Assembly: GCA_963771515.1 (NCBI GenBank)
Contig: CAVYTG010000001.1
Coordinates: forward strand, 249,357-313,356
Source: an uncultured Gammaproteobacteria bacterium
GTDB lineage: Bacteria > Pseudomonadota > Gammaproteobacteria > CAVYTG01
DNA length: 64,000 bases
Reading direction: 5' to 3'
Positions within the stretch are counted from its first letter, which is position 1. Each line of letters starts with the position of its first letter. The notes under the pieces were generated by a model. It was not told where the DNA came from. It ran no database searches and saw only the letters and a list, made by a program, of their open reading frames with translations. Made by a program: the position numbers and the translations under genes. This document shows positions 10,033-19,532 of this stretch, one piece after another.

Positions 10033-10136
10033 GGTCTGCTCATGTTTAAGGGAATTGTATAGGGTGCGTCATTGCCATCATTCCGATGATAGTGTCATAA
10101 TACCATTCGTGAATTCAACATGAGCGTATAAGAAAA

Positions 10137-11339
10137 GTGAACGCTGCCCGTCATTATTATCCTCAATTAACTGGTGTTAGAGCGCTTGCCGCTTATCTTA
10201 TATTTCTGCACCACTTTCCAACAAAATCATTGGGGGAAGCTGCATTTGCTATTCAGAGAGAGTTGCATATTGGGGTGCCTATCTTTTTTGTATTAAGCGG
10301 ATTTCTGATTTATTTACGTTATTCCGAAAGCTGCCGTTTGGAGAGGGGGTGGTTAGGTTCTTATTTTAAAAATCGATTTGCCAGGATTTATCCTGTTTTT
10401 TTTCTGGTGATTCTCTTTCAGTGCTACCTAATGAAAAGCGGGTGGTTTGATTTCTTGATGCAGGCTACCTTCATTAAGGGGTTTTCCGGGGAATATAAAT
10501 TTTTAGGTTTGGCCCAGGGCTACCTAATGAAAAGCGGGTGGTTTGATTTCTTGATGCAGGTTACCTTCATTAAGGGGTTTTCCGGGGAATATAAATTTTT
10601 AGGTTTGGCCCAGGGCTGGACACTTACGGTGGAAGAAACGTTTTATTGTCTGTTTCCCTTGTTGCTTATTTGCATGAAACGTACAGGTTTTTTAGTCGCG
10701 TGGCTAGCTGTTTATGGCGTAGGGTTTTCTCTTTTTAAAGGAGGAACCTGGCTAGACTGGCATGGATTTTTTACGCCTGAGCGTTTTATGCTTTACTACA
10801 CATTTTTTGGACAAGCCAGTCAATTTTTTGTCGGTATGTTGTTGGCAAAATGGATAGTAAGTTCCAGGGTGAATTCGATTGAAGAAAATTTACCGGGAAG
10901 ATTGACCTGGTTGGGGATAGGGGGCATTGTTTTTTGTGTTTTTTGCTTCTATCAACTGCGTGCGCCCACATTTGCTTTAGGGCTATTTGCTCCTTGGGGA
11001 ATTTTCATTAACCATACGTTGCTGCCTTGTTCAATTGCGCTGTTTTTTTATGGGCTATTGACAGAGCAATCCTGGGTTCGAAGTGCTTTACAAAGTAAAC
11101 AGATGGTGCTGCTTGGGAAATCCAGTTATATTTTTTACTTGATTCATATGACTTTCTATTTCTTGATTGCAACTTCCATCTCTTCTAAAAAATTGATCAT
11201 ATTTATTTTATTAAATATCCTATCTGTCTTTTTTTATTTTACAATTGAACGTCCTTGTCAGAAATGGATCGTCAATTTTCGTTGGAAGTCCGTCAAGCGC
11301 TTATTTGCTTTGCCGCGACAAGAAGAAAACATAGGTTAA
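10137..11339 (+). CDS. Membrane-bound acyltransferase family 3 (O-acyltransferase, OafA/NolL-like); contains an internal 32-aa tandem duplication.
   Basis: Multi-TM, N-terminal LTGVRALAAYLIFLHH motif typical of acyltransferase_3; apparent GTG start. Confidence 0.7.
   Translation: MNAARHYYPQLTGVRALAAYLIFLHHFPTKSLGEAAFAIQRELHIGVPIFFVLSGFLIYLRYSESCRLERGWLGSYFKNRFARIYPVFFLVILFQCYLMKSGWFDFLMQATFIKGFSGEYKFLGLAQGYLMKSGWFDFLMQVTFIKGFSGEYKFLGLAQGWTLTVEETFYCLFPLLLICMKRTGFLVAWLAVYGVGFSLFKGGTWLDWHGFFTPERFMLYYTFFGQASQFFVGMLLAKWIVSSRVNSIEENLPGRLTWLGIGGIVFCVFCFYQLRAPTFALGLFAPWGIFINHTLLPCSIALFFYGLLTEQSWVRSALQSKQMVLLGKSSYIFYLIHMTFYFLIATSISSKKLIIFILLNILSVFFYFTIERPCQKWIVNFRWKSVKRLFALPRQEENIG
10425..10616 (+). 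repeat. Perfect in-frame 96-bp x2 tandem duplication (1 mismatch) inside the acyltransferase-3 gene, duplicating YLMKSGWFDFLMQ(A/V)TFIKGFSGEYKFLGLAQG.
   Basis: Unit 1 at 10425..10520 and unit 2 at 10521..10616 differ only gct vs gtt. Confidence 0.9.
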
Positions 11340-11349
11340 ATGAGTAGAA

Positions 11350-12969
11350 GTGGTGTGTAAAACAAAAAAAAATGAGATTTGGCAGCAATTACAAGCGGAT
11401 CAAAAAGCAATTGAACCCGTTCTTATGAAGGATTTGTTTGCCAGTGATCCTGAGCGGTTTAAACGTTTTTCTTTAGAAACAGCAGGTCTTTTTTTGGATT
11501 ATTCAAAAAATCGAATCACATCAACGATTTTAGAGCGCTTGCTGAAGTTGACCGAAATCATCCAACTTCCCCAACAAATCGAATCCCTGTTTCAGGGTAA
11601 AATCATGAATGCCACCACTCACCAAAAGGTGTGGCACACTTTGCTTCGTCATCCCAAACTGGAATCGGAAGGGCCTGAAGCACTAGAGGTTTTGCGTGCC
11701 AGGCAGAAAATGGAGGCGGTGGTTAGCCAGATTCGTGATCAGGCTTGGTTGGGTTTTAGTGGAAAACCGGTGACTGACATTGTGAATATTGGCATTGGCG
11801 GGTCAGATTTGGGGCCGCGATTAGTCATAGATGCCTTGAGACAGTATCAAAAAGAAAGTTTGAACTTTCATTTTATTTCCAACGTGGATGCTACCCATTT
11901 ATCAGAAATGTTAGGGCAGCTATCACCAGAAACGACACTTTTTGTTTTGTCTTCCAAATCTTTTGGTACGGCTGAGCTGCTTTGTCATGCAAAGACGATT
12001 AAACATTGGTTATTGAGTCATTCAGGCAACCATCCAGCAGTGCTTGAGAAACATTGTCTTGCAGTGACAGCCAATCAGGCGAAAGCAGAGCAATTGGGCA
12101 TTCCTTCTCATAATATATTGCCTTTGTGGGATTGGGTAGGCGGGCGCTTTTCTGTATGGTCTTGTATTGGATTATCGGCTGCAATTGCGATGGGTATGGA
12201 ATCTTTTTATCGCTTTTTAGAAGGTGCTTATGCAATGGATCAGCATTTTCTTTCCCAGCCTGCTGCACGTAATATGCCCATTATATTAGCCTTGCTCAGT
12301 GTTTGGTATATCAATTTCTGGGGAGTCCATGTGCATGCGGTGATTCCTTATACAGATACTTTGCGTTGCTTGCCGGCTTATTTGCAGCAGCTGGAAATGG
12401 AAAGTAACGGGAAATCAGTGGATCAATTCGGTGATTTTTTGGAGTACGCGACAGCGCCTTTGGTTTTTGGAGGCGTAGGGACGGATGTTCAGCATTCATT
12501 TTTTCAACTGCTACACCAGGGGAAACAATGGATTCCTGTGGATTTTATTGCGGTGATGAAGGTCAATCATCCTCACGAATCGCATCATCGACTATTACTC
12601 GCCAATTGCCTGGCGCAAGGTCAGGCCTTAATGCAAGGATATACTGTATCGCAGGCCCCTGTTTCTCTATCACCACATGTTACATTAGAAGGAAATCGTC
12701 CCAGTAATACCCTCTTGATGTCTGAGTTAACCCCTTATACATTAGGGAGTTTGATTGCTCTGTATGAGCATAAAACGATTGTAGAAGGTTTTATTTGGCA
12801 GGTGAATTCATTTGATCAGTGGGGGGTAGAGCGTGGGAAAAAATTGGCCCAGGATTTATTAAAAGCTATGGAAAATCAACACGAAGCATCTGTGCTGGAT
12901 GTTTCTACCCAGGGTTTATTAGATCGAATCAAAGGTAATCGTTTATGCTTAAGCGACCAGGCAAGCTAG
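11350..12969 (+). CDS. pgi: Glucose-6-phosphate isomerase.
   Basis: N-terminal WQQLQ...MKDLFASDPERF and DYSKNRIT align with E. coli Pgi; sugar isomerase motifs GIGGSDLGP and SKSFGT present; 3' end overlaps the next gene. Confidence 0.85.
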   Translation: MVCKTKKNEIWQQLQADQKAIEPVLMKDLFASDPERFKRFSLETAGLFLDYSKNRITSTILERLLKLTEIIQLPQQIESLFQGKIMNATTHQKVWHTLLRHPKLESEGPEALEVLRARQKMEAVVSQIRDQAWLGFSGKPVTDIVNIGIGGSDLGPRLVIDALRQYQKESLNFHFISNVDATHLSEMLGQLSPETTLFVLSSKSFGTAELLCHAKTIKHWLLSHSGNHPAVLEKHCLAVTANQAKAEQLGIPSHNILPLWDWVGGRFSVWSCIGLSAAIAMGMESFYRFLEGAYAMDQHFLSQPAARNMPIILALLSVWYINFWGVHVHAVIPYTDTLRCLPAYLQQLEMESNGKSVDQFGDFLEYATAPLVFGGVGTDVQHSFFQLLHQGKQWIPVDFIAVMKVNHPHESHHRLLLANCLAQGQALMQGYTVSQAPVSLSPHVTLEGNRPSNTLLMSELTPYTLGSLIALYEHKTIVEGFIWQVNSFDQWGVERGKKLAQDLLKAMENQHEASVLDVSTQGLLDRIKGNRLCLSDQAS

Positions 12970-15107
12970 ATATAAAAGAGGGAGCGCTTTATCTGAGCGC
13001 CATTCTAGGGACATTGTTGCTGTTGCTTTATTTTATGTATCGAGCTGGCTTTGTATACCATTTGCCTTTGACCTATGGCGGAGATGCCATGGCAGGTCAG
13101 GTTTTTATTAAAAGCATTTTAGATACAGGGTGGTTTATCAGTAATCCTTTCCTGGGTGCCCCGTTTGGGTATAGTTTTGCAGATTACCCCATGTCAGATT
13201 CAACCAACTTTTTCTTAATGAAATTGTTTGGATGGGTGCAGGGTGATTCCGTTTCTGTGATGCATAATTTTTTGTTTGCAACCTATTTTTTGGCTGCTTT
13301 AACCAGCTTATATGTATTCCGTCGTTTAGGTCTGAGTCGACTATTCGCGTTTGCAGGCAGCTTGCTTTTTAGTTTTCTAGGCTATCATTTTTATCGAGCA
13401 GAGGGTCATCTACTATTAAGTGCTTATTATGCAGTGCCGATTTATATTTTCTTTGCATTGGCTATTTTTCAAGATAGGCCTTTTGCTTCTAGTGATTTGA
13501 AAACAGTATGGATAAAAGGATTATTGAGTATTGTTATTCTTGCCATTTGTGCCTCGACGGGTGTTTATTATGCTTTTTTTGGGGCTTATTTTATTTTGAT
13601 TGCTGGCCTCATCGCGGGGATTGATCAAAAATCCTGGAAACCTTTGCTTAGAGCAGGATTCCTAGTTTTCATTATCAGCGGTACGGTTTTTCTCAATATT
13701 TTACCGAGTTTTATTTCCACCGCGAAATATGGCAAAAATTTAGAAGCCTCTTACCGCCACTTTGTCGGCGCAGAAATTTATGCGCTTAAAATAACACATC
13801 TGTTTTTGCCGGATCAGTATGGGCCTTTAGGAAAATTGAAGACTAAATATGCTGCGGTTGCACCTTTGGTGAATGAGAATGTGACCTCTGATCTGGGTGT
13901 CTTTGGTGTGCTTGGGTTTATTGGTTTGCTGGGTGTTGTTTTGCTCAGGAAAACTCGCCTTTCTGACTCACCTTTATTTGATTTAAGCCGTTTAAATATG
14001 GCGGGTATATTATTGGCCACCATAGGGGGGTTAGGGTCATTATTTGCGATTTTTATTTCTCCTAAAATCCGGGCTTATAATAGAATCAGTGTTTTTATTG
14101 CATTCTTTGCATTGGCTGCCTTTTTTCTTTTGGTGCAAAAATTCCTGAAAAAGAAACCTAAAGTTTGGCAGCATGTGACCACAGGGGTTTTAGTATTGCT
14201 TTGTGTGATATCCATTTTGTTTGGTCCCGTTAAGAAGTGGTCTAATGTGGAAACTAAAGTCTCAGTCGATAGTGATCGTGCTTTTGTCGCGCAAATAGAA
14301 AAACAAATCCCTCAAGGTATGGTATTCCAGCTCCCCATTATGCCGTTTCCAGAAAATGGGGGGATTCATAAAATGTATGATTATGAATTGTTTCGAGGTT
14401 ATCTGTACTCTCATACGTTAAAGTGGAGCTACGGCGCAATGCGTGGGCGTATGCCAATACAGTGGCAGCAATGGGTTGGTTTGGCGCCTGAGGCTGAAAT
14501 GTTAAGGCAGTTATCTTATGCTGGTTTTTCTGGGATTTATATTAACCGGAAGGGCTATCCTGATCGTGGGGCACGCTTAGAAAGGAATTTGACAACGTTG
14601 CTTCAGCAAGCTCCTTTAGAGAGCCAGGATGGGGATCTTATTTTTTATCAGATAGCAGATTATGCGAAGCAGTTACGCCAATCTTTGCCGGAGAAAGTTT
14701 GGAATAGGAAAGTTTTTCAAGTTAAAAATATTGGCTGGATTTGGGGTAAAAATTGGGGGTTTTCAAAGGCGCTTAAAGGCTCAATCTCAAGAAGTTCTTT
14801 AAATAAAAAGTATAGTGTTTTAGAAATTGTAAATCGTGGCCAGGTGCCTGTTAAAGTAAAGTTACAAGCCAGGTTTTCGGCAAAGAAGGCTTCCGGTTTG
14901 GATTTAATTCTGAGCGGCGATTTGTTTAAAAAGACACTTCATGTGAGTGCGCAAGGCACGCCATTTAACCAGGATGTGATTGTGAAACCAGGTAGGCATT
15001 TTGTTTATTTTAAGGCAAAGGATGGTCAGCAATTTACCTTGACAGCCAGTCACTTTTCAGTGGATGTATTGGAGGCAGGGAGCCGTTTGGACGCAAAAGA
15101 TCAATGA
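12945..15107 (+). CDS. Large polytopic membrane protein with ~12 N-terminal TM segments plus a C-terminal soluble domain; putative GT-C-type glycosyltransferase/polymerase (YfhO/ArnT-like) of the O-antigen pathway.
   Basis: Hydrophobic N-terminal 420 aa, hydrophilic C-terminal 300 aa; located between pgi and gmd in the polysaccharide cluster; no specific motif recognised. Confidence 0.4.
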   Translation: MLKRPGKLDIKEGALYLSAILGTLLLLLYFMYRAGFVYHLPLTYGGDAMAGQVFIKSILDTGWFISNPFLGAPFGYSFADYPMSDSTNFFLMKLFGWVQGDSVSVMHNFLFATYFLAALTSLYVFRRLGLSRLFAFAGSLLFSFLGYHFYRAEGHLLLSAYYAVPIYIFFALAIFQDRPFASSDLKTVWIKGLLSIVILAICASTGVYYAFFGAYFILIAGLIAGIDQKSWKPLLRAGFLVFIISGTVFLNILPSFISTAKYGKNLEASYRHFVGAEIYALKITHLFLPDQYGPLGKLKTKYAAVAPLVNENVTSDLGVFGVLGFIGLLGVVLLRKTRLSDSPLFDLSRLNMAGILLATIGGLGSLFAIFISPKIRAYNRISVFIAFFALAAFFLLVQKFLKKKPKVWQHVTTGVLVLLCVISILFGPVKKWSNVETKVSVDSDRAFVAQIEKQIPQGMVFQLPIMPFPENGGIHKMYDYELFRGYLYSHTLKWSYGAMRGRMPIQWQQWVGLAPEAEMLRQLSYAGFSGIYINRKGYPDRGARLERNLTTLLQQAPLESQDGDLIFYQIADYAKQLRQSLPEKVWNRKVFQVKNIGWIWGKNWGFSKALKGSISRSSLNKKYSVLEIVNRGQVPVKVKLQARFSAKKASGLDLILSGDLFKKTLHVSAQGTPFNQDVIVKPGRHFVYFKAKDGQQFTLTASHFSVDVLEAGSRLDAKDQ

Positions 15108-15147
15108 GGTAATTGCTCATCCATCATTGCAAGGAGCGAAGCAAAGC

Positions 15148-15185
15148 TCGTCATTGCGAGGAGCGAAGCGACGTGGCAATCCAGG
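15148..15185. repeat. GC-rich palindromic element, half copy (left arm only) preceded by a degenerate duplicated arm (15121..15147); flanking region ends ...aatgggtgagtcg.
   Basis: Exact 38-bp match to the left arm of the copies at 5634, 16326 and 46124. Confidence 0.75.
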
Positions 15186-15281
15186 AAAAACAAAGCTTCG
15201 CAGTAGTTTTCAGCTGCCGAATCTAGGATAATGGGTGAGTCGTTATTAATTGAGTATCATTAACCAGTGGGGAACAGTTGA

Positions 15282-16319
15282 ATGAAAAAAGTTGGGATTA
15301 TTACCGGAATTACAGGCCAGGATGGTGCTTATCTGACTAAATTATTGTTGGAAAAAGGGTATAAAGTTTATGGTACACATCGTCGTTCTAGTACTTTAAA
15401 TTTGTGGCGTTTAAAGGAGTTGGGAGTTGAAAACCATCCCAACCTGACACTCGTAGAGCATGATCTGACAGATTTTAGCTCCAGTGTACACTTATTAAAA
15501 GCGACGAAGCCGCATGAAATTTATAATCTGGCCGCACAAAGCTTTGTAGGTACATCATTTGATCAACCGATTACAACGACAGAAGTGGATGCCCTCGGGC
15601 CGCTGAATTTCCTGGAAGCGATTCGTTTGACAGATAAGGGAATTCGCTTTTATCAAGCTTCTACTTCAGAGATGTTTGGTAAAGTGCAAGCAGTTCCACA
15701 AAATGAAAGTACACCTTTTTATCCCAGGAGTCCGTATGGCGTTGCAAAGTTATATGCCCATTGGATTACGATCAATTATCGTGAGTCTTACGATATGTTT
15801 GCTTGTAGCGGTATTTTATTTAACCATGAGTCGCCTTTAAGAGGATTGCAGTTTGTTACACGAAAAATTACGGATGCAGTTGCTAAAATCAAGCTGGGTC
15901 AGCAAGAGGTATTAGAGCTAGGTAACATGAGCGCAAAAAGAGATTGGGGGTATGCGGAGGATTATGTCGAAGGGATGTATTTGATGCTTCAATCAGAGAC
16001 CCCAGAAGATTACGTGTTGGCTTCTGGGCGTACCACAACCGTGAGAGAATTTGTCGAGATGTCGTTCGCTGGGGCTGGGATTTCAGTGGTTTGGGAAGGA
16101 GAGGGGGAAAATGAAAAAGGGATTCACTCTGAAACCGGAAAGGTGATTGTGCAAGTAAATCCTAAGTATTATCGTCCTGCTGAAGTTGAATTACTGATTG
16201 GAGATTCAACCAAGGCAGCCAAGCAATTAGGGTGGAAACCCAAAGTTTCTTTAGAGCAATTATGTGAAATGATGGTTAAGGCAGATATGGAGCGAGCACT
16301 TAAAGGGAGTTCGTTTTAG
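15282..16319 (+). CDS. gmd: GDP-mannose 4,6-dehydratase.
   Basis: [12 protein letters not shown] Rossmann motif, catalytic YxxxK ([12 protein letters not shown]), 345 aa, strong similarity to Gmd. Confidence 0.9.
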   Translation: MKKVGIITGITGQDGAYLTKLLLEKGYKVYGTHRRSSTLNLWRLKELGVENHPNLTLVEHDLTDFSSSVHLLKATKPHEIYNLAAQSFVGTSFDQPITTTEVDALGPLNFLEAIRLTDKGIRFYQASTSEMFGKVQAVPQNESTPFYPRSPYGVAKLYAHWITINYRESYDMFACSGILFNHESPLRGLQFVTRKITDAVAKIKLGQQEVLELGNMSAKRDWGYAEDYVEGMYLMLQSETPEDYVLASGRTTTVREFVEMSFAGAGISVVWEGEGENEKGIHSETGKVIVQVNPKYYRPAEVELLIGDSTKAAKQLGWKPKVSLEQLCEMMVKADMERALKGSSF

Positions 16320-16325
16320 AGAAGT

Positions 16326-16456
16326 TCGTCATTGCGAGGAGCGAAGCGACGTGGCAATCCAGGCCGAATTTTGCTGAAACCACCGCCAGGCTTGCTTTGC
16401 AGATACAAGCTCCTGCCTGGCTGCTGCCTCCTTTGCTCACAATGGCGGGTGAGCAG
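16326..16456. repeat. GC-rich palindromic element copy 3 (left arm intact, right arm degenerate; ends ggcgggtgagcag).
   Basis: cgtcattgcgaggagcgaagcgacgtggcaatccagg ... cctggctgctgcctcctttgctcacaatggcgggtgagcag. Confidence 0.75.
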
Positions 16457-16547
16457 ATACTCATTAGGAATATTGTCTAAATAAATTGCTGATTTCGCTC
16501 AAATATTTTAAAATCTGGTTCTTTAAATAAAAAAACTGAAAAGCCCA

Positions 16548-17390
16548 ATGCAAGACTCAACAACCTTAAAAAATGATGTGCCCTATGCTTTAAAAAATAA
16601 TACGCCCTATGCTTTAGCGCTTAAAGATATTGTCGAAGGTGCAAAAGCTTGGCGCATTTGGCTGTTTTTAGCATGGCAAGATGTGCAGCTGCGTTATCGT
16701 AGATCCTATATTGGCCCGTTTTGGATTACGATCAATATGGCCATTACTATTAGTGCGATTGGATTTCTTTACGGTCGTCTGTTTAAAAGAAATCTCATGG
16801 ATTATTATCCAATGTTAGCTGCAGGGATATTGTCCTGGAATCTGATTTCTACTGCACTCAATGATTATATTGATGCATTTTCTGGAGCACAGGAGTACAT
16901 AAAGCAAGTAAAATTGCCTTTTTTTATATACATTCTTAGAACAACCACGCGTAACATCATTATATTTTTTCATAATATAGTGGTGTTTATTCCCATTATT
17001 TTTTTATTTAAGATCAAGCTGTCTTTAGCGACACTTTCGCTCTTTTTTTCTATTTCACTCATTGTGCTGTTAGCTTCTGTTTACGGGTTATTTTTAGGTA
17101 TGATCGGTGCCAGGTTTCGGGATATTGGCCCTATTATTGCAAGTCTGGTACAGATTTCTTTTTTTCTTACCCCTATTATTTGGCCTGTGACTGTTTTGCC
17201 TGAGCGCTATCGTTATCTGATTAACTTTAATCCCTTTGCCCAAATTGTAGAGTTGATTCGATATCCTTTGTTAGGTAAGTTTCCTTCCTGGTTTGCGCTT
17301 GGCCAGGTATTTGCTTTATTCCTTTTCGGACTATTTTTTGTTTTTTTCATTTTTGCTAAAAAGCGTAAGCAAATTGTTTATTGGTTATGA
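16548..17390 (+). CDS. wzm: ABC-2 type polysaccharide/O-antigen exporter permease.
   Basis: 6-TM ABC-2 permease; WQDVQLRYRRSYIGPFW signature typical of Wzm/KpsM; overlaps wzt. Confidence 0.8.
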   Translation: MQDSTTLKNDVPYALKNNTPYALALKDIVEGAKAWRIWLFLAWQDVQLRYRRSYIGPFWITINMAITISAIGFLYGRLFKRNLMDYYPMLAAGILSWNLISTALNDYIDAFSGAQEYIKQVKLPFFIYILRTTTRNIIIFFHNIVVFIPIIFLFKIKLSLATLSLFFSISLIVLLASVYGLFLGMIGARFRDIGPIIASLVQISFFLTPIIWPVTVLPERYRYLINFNPFAQIVELIRYPLLGKFPSWFALGQVFALFLFGLFFVFFIFAKKRKQIVYWL

Positions 17391-18154
17391 GTACTTATAT
17401 TGATCTTCATTCTGTCTCTATTGATTTCCCTATCTATGGGCTAAGTTCGCGTTCATTTCAAAAGCAGTTGCTGAATGCTGCAACGGGTGGCTTTATTTCT
17501 TCAGATAAAGCGCAGAATCAAACAGTGGTTGTGAAAGCGTTAGATGAGATTTCCTTATCTTTGAGGCATGGAGATAGAGTGGGGCTAATTGGGCATAATG
17601 GTGCAGGAAAAAGTACTTTATTACGAGTGCTGGCTGGGATCTATGAACCCACGCGTGGTCATATTGAGATGCAAGGAAATGTCTCTGCTTTGTTAAATGT
17701 GATGATGGGAATGAAGGATGATTTGACGGGATACCAAAATATTAGAACACGCTGTATGCTCCAAGGGTTATCATCTGCTGATATCGAAAAAAAGATAGAC
17801 CAGATTGCCGAATTTACCGAGCTGGGAGATTACCTGGCGATGCCAATTAGAACTTACTCTGCTGGCATGCGCTTGAGATTAGGGTTCAGCGTTGTGACAA
17901 GCATTGAACCTGAAATACTTATTTTGGATGAAGTCATTGGTACGGGTGACAAGCGTTTTATGAAAAAAGCAAGAGATCGTATGAACAACTTGATCAACAA
18001 AGCCAATATTGTTGTCATTGCATCTCACTCACAAGATATTATTGATACCTTATGCAATAAGGTGATTACGTTAGAGGCAGGTAAGGTCAAATCTGTCGTT
18101 GAAAAAGAGGTCAATACTCCGACCTTTGCTGCTTCAATTGAAGAAACACCCTAA
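17381..18154 (+). CDS. wzt: ABC transporter ATP-binding protein for polysaccharide export (Wzt/KpsT-like, no C-terminal carbohydrate-binding domain).
   Basis: Walker A GHNGAGKST, signature YSAGMRLRL, Walker B ILILDE. Confidence 0.8.
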   Translation: MVMSTYIDLHSVSIDFPIYGLSSRSFQKQLLNAATGGFISSDKAQNQTVVVKALDEISLSLRHGDRVGLIGHNGAGKSTLLRVLAGIYEPTRGHIEMQGNVSALLNVMMGMKDDLTGYQNIRTRCMLQGLSSADIEKKIDQIAEFTELGDYLAMPIRTYSAGMRLRLGFSVVTSIEPEILILDEVIGTGDKRFMKKARDRMNNLINKANIVVIASHSQDIIDTLCNKVITLEAGKVKSVVEKEVNTPTFAASIEETP

Positions 18155-18173
18155 GCACCTATAAACGTATGTT

Positions 18174-19532
18174 TTGAAAGGAGTCCCTTCTATGAGTCAG
18201 GAAAGCCGTACTACTCCATTACTCAGTGATTTATATCAGGTAGAAGAAAAAAAACAGGGTTTTTGGCGACTCAAGGGTTATCGGAATAGTTTACTGACGT
18301 TGGTTTTATGTCTGATTTGTATTCAATTTTCCTTTTCTTTACTAAAAATTTTAAGCCCATCTGTTGACAAACAGCTGGCCAGGTGGGGTAGCTCTGCGTT
18401 GGCAGGGGTTGTTCAAAAAAGAGAGCTTTTAACGCACGGCTCAATAATACGGTCTTTCTTTTCAGGTACATTACAGAGACAGTTTGAATCCTGGTTTAAT
18501 CTTACAGTACCTTTTAAATCCTTAATTATCAGGGCTTATAATCAATTTTATTTTCAAATATTTTCCAAATCTTATGCAAAAAATGTTGTGATTGGGAAAA
18601 AGGGGTATTTATTTGGGGGGCCTTATAATGAAAAATATTATAATAGTTTTCGGAAAACATACCAACAGGAAACATTTGATGCTTGGGCAAATGATTTGCA
18701 AACCTTAGCAGATTTTTTTACGCAGAGGGGGCAGCAATTTATCTATTTTATTACGCCTTCCAAGTCAGCTTATTATCCTGAATTTCTTCCAGGTTGTTAT
18801 CGCTGTAAAAAGCACCAAGCTCGACCTGATTATCATTTGATGGTAAATACTTTAAAAAGACAAAACATTCAGTTTGTGGATGCCAGTAAACAGTCATTAG
18901 ATTTAAAAAAACATATTCCAGACTATATTTTTCCAAAGGGAGGGGTGCATTGGACAGATTTGGCTGCTGCTTATTCTGCACAGGCATTAGTGAAAAATAT
19001 ATCCATTAAAGGCTCAAAGGAGCCAATGCCTAACTTTACATTGAGTTATCAGTTGAGGCCCATCAATGGACCCAGGCGATGGACATCGAATGATGCTGAT
19101 TATATAAACCTGACCAATTTGCTTTTTCCGCCTTTAGATTATATGGTACCTGAGGTATCGGTGGATGTGTCCCAAATGCCTCAAAAAAAATTGAAGCTGG
19201 TTTTTATCGGGGGTAGTTTTGCGGGTCAGCCAGCAAAAATTTTGGCTCAAACACAGTTGTTTAAACAGATTGATGTTTTCCACTATTTAATCATTAGACA
19301 CGATCGGTACACGCCCCAGGGGGAGCGTCAAGAAATTCTGATGAAGGCGAATAAGACAGGGGAGACACCTTTTCAAATTAGAAGAAGGATAAAAAAGACT
19401 GGGGTCTATTATCCAGAGGATTATCAAGATTTGTTGGATGCAGATATTGTTATTTTGGAAGAAAATGAACAAAATCTGAGGTCAAATCATTTTAAACTGC
19501 TGTTCAAAAGAATGGTAGCGCGGAGATTTTAA
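18174..19532 (+). CDS. N-terminally membrane-anchored periplasmic protein, paralog 1; possibly an AlgJ/AlgX/DltD-like SGNH-type acyl-transfer accessory protein.
   Basis: One N-terminal TM helix; conserved FPKGGVHWTDLAAAY and C-terminal ADIVILEENEQNLRS shared with the downstream paralog; genomic association with MBOAT. Confidence 0.35.
   Translation: MKGVPSMSQESRTTPLLSDLYQVEEKKQGFWRLKGYRNSLLTLVLCLICIQFSFSLLKILSPSVDKQLARWGSSALAGVVQKRELLTHGSIIRSFFSGTLQRQFESWFNLTVPFKSLIIRAYNQFYFQIFSKSYAKNVVIGKKGYLFGGPYNEKYYNSFRKTYQQETFDAWANDLQTLADFFTQRGQQFIYFITPSKSAYYPEFLPGCYRCKKHQARPDYHLMVNTLKRQNIQFVDASKQSLDLKKHIPDYIFPKGGVHWTDLAAAYSAQALVKNISIKGSKEPMPNFTLSYQLRPINGPRRWTSNDADYINLTNLLFPPLDYMVPEVSVDVSQMPQKKLKLVFIGGSFAGQPAKILAQTQLFKQIDVFHYLIIRHDRYTPQGERQEILMKANKTGETPFQIRRRIKKTGVYYPEDYQDLLDADIVILEENEQNLRSNHFKLLFKRMVARRF

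Noticed and set aside
12945-12969. pgi / downstream membrane gene 25-bp overlap as possible frameshift or fusion.
   Set aside because: Both ORFs are full-length relative to expectations (Pgi ~540 aa). Short overlaps are common in operons.
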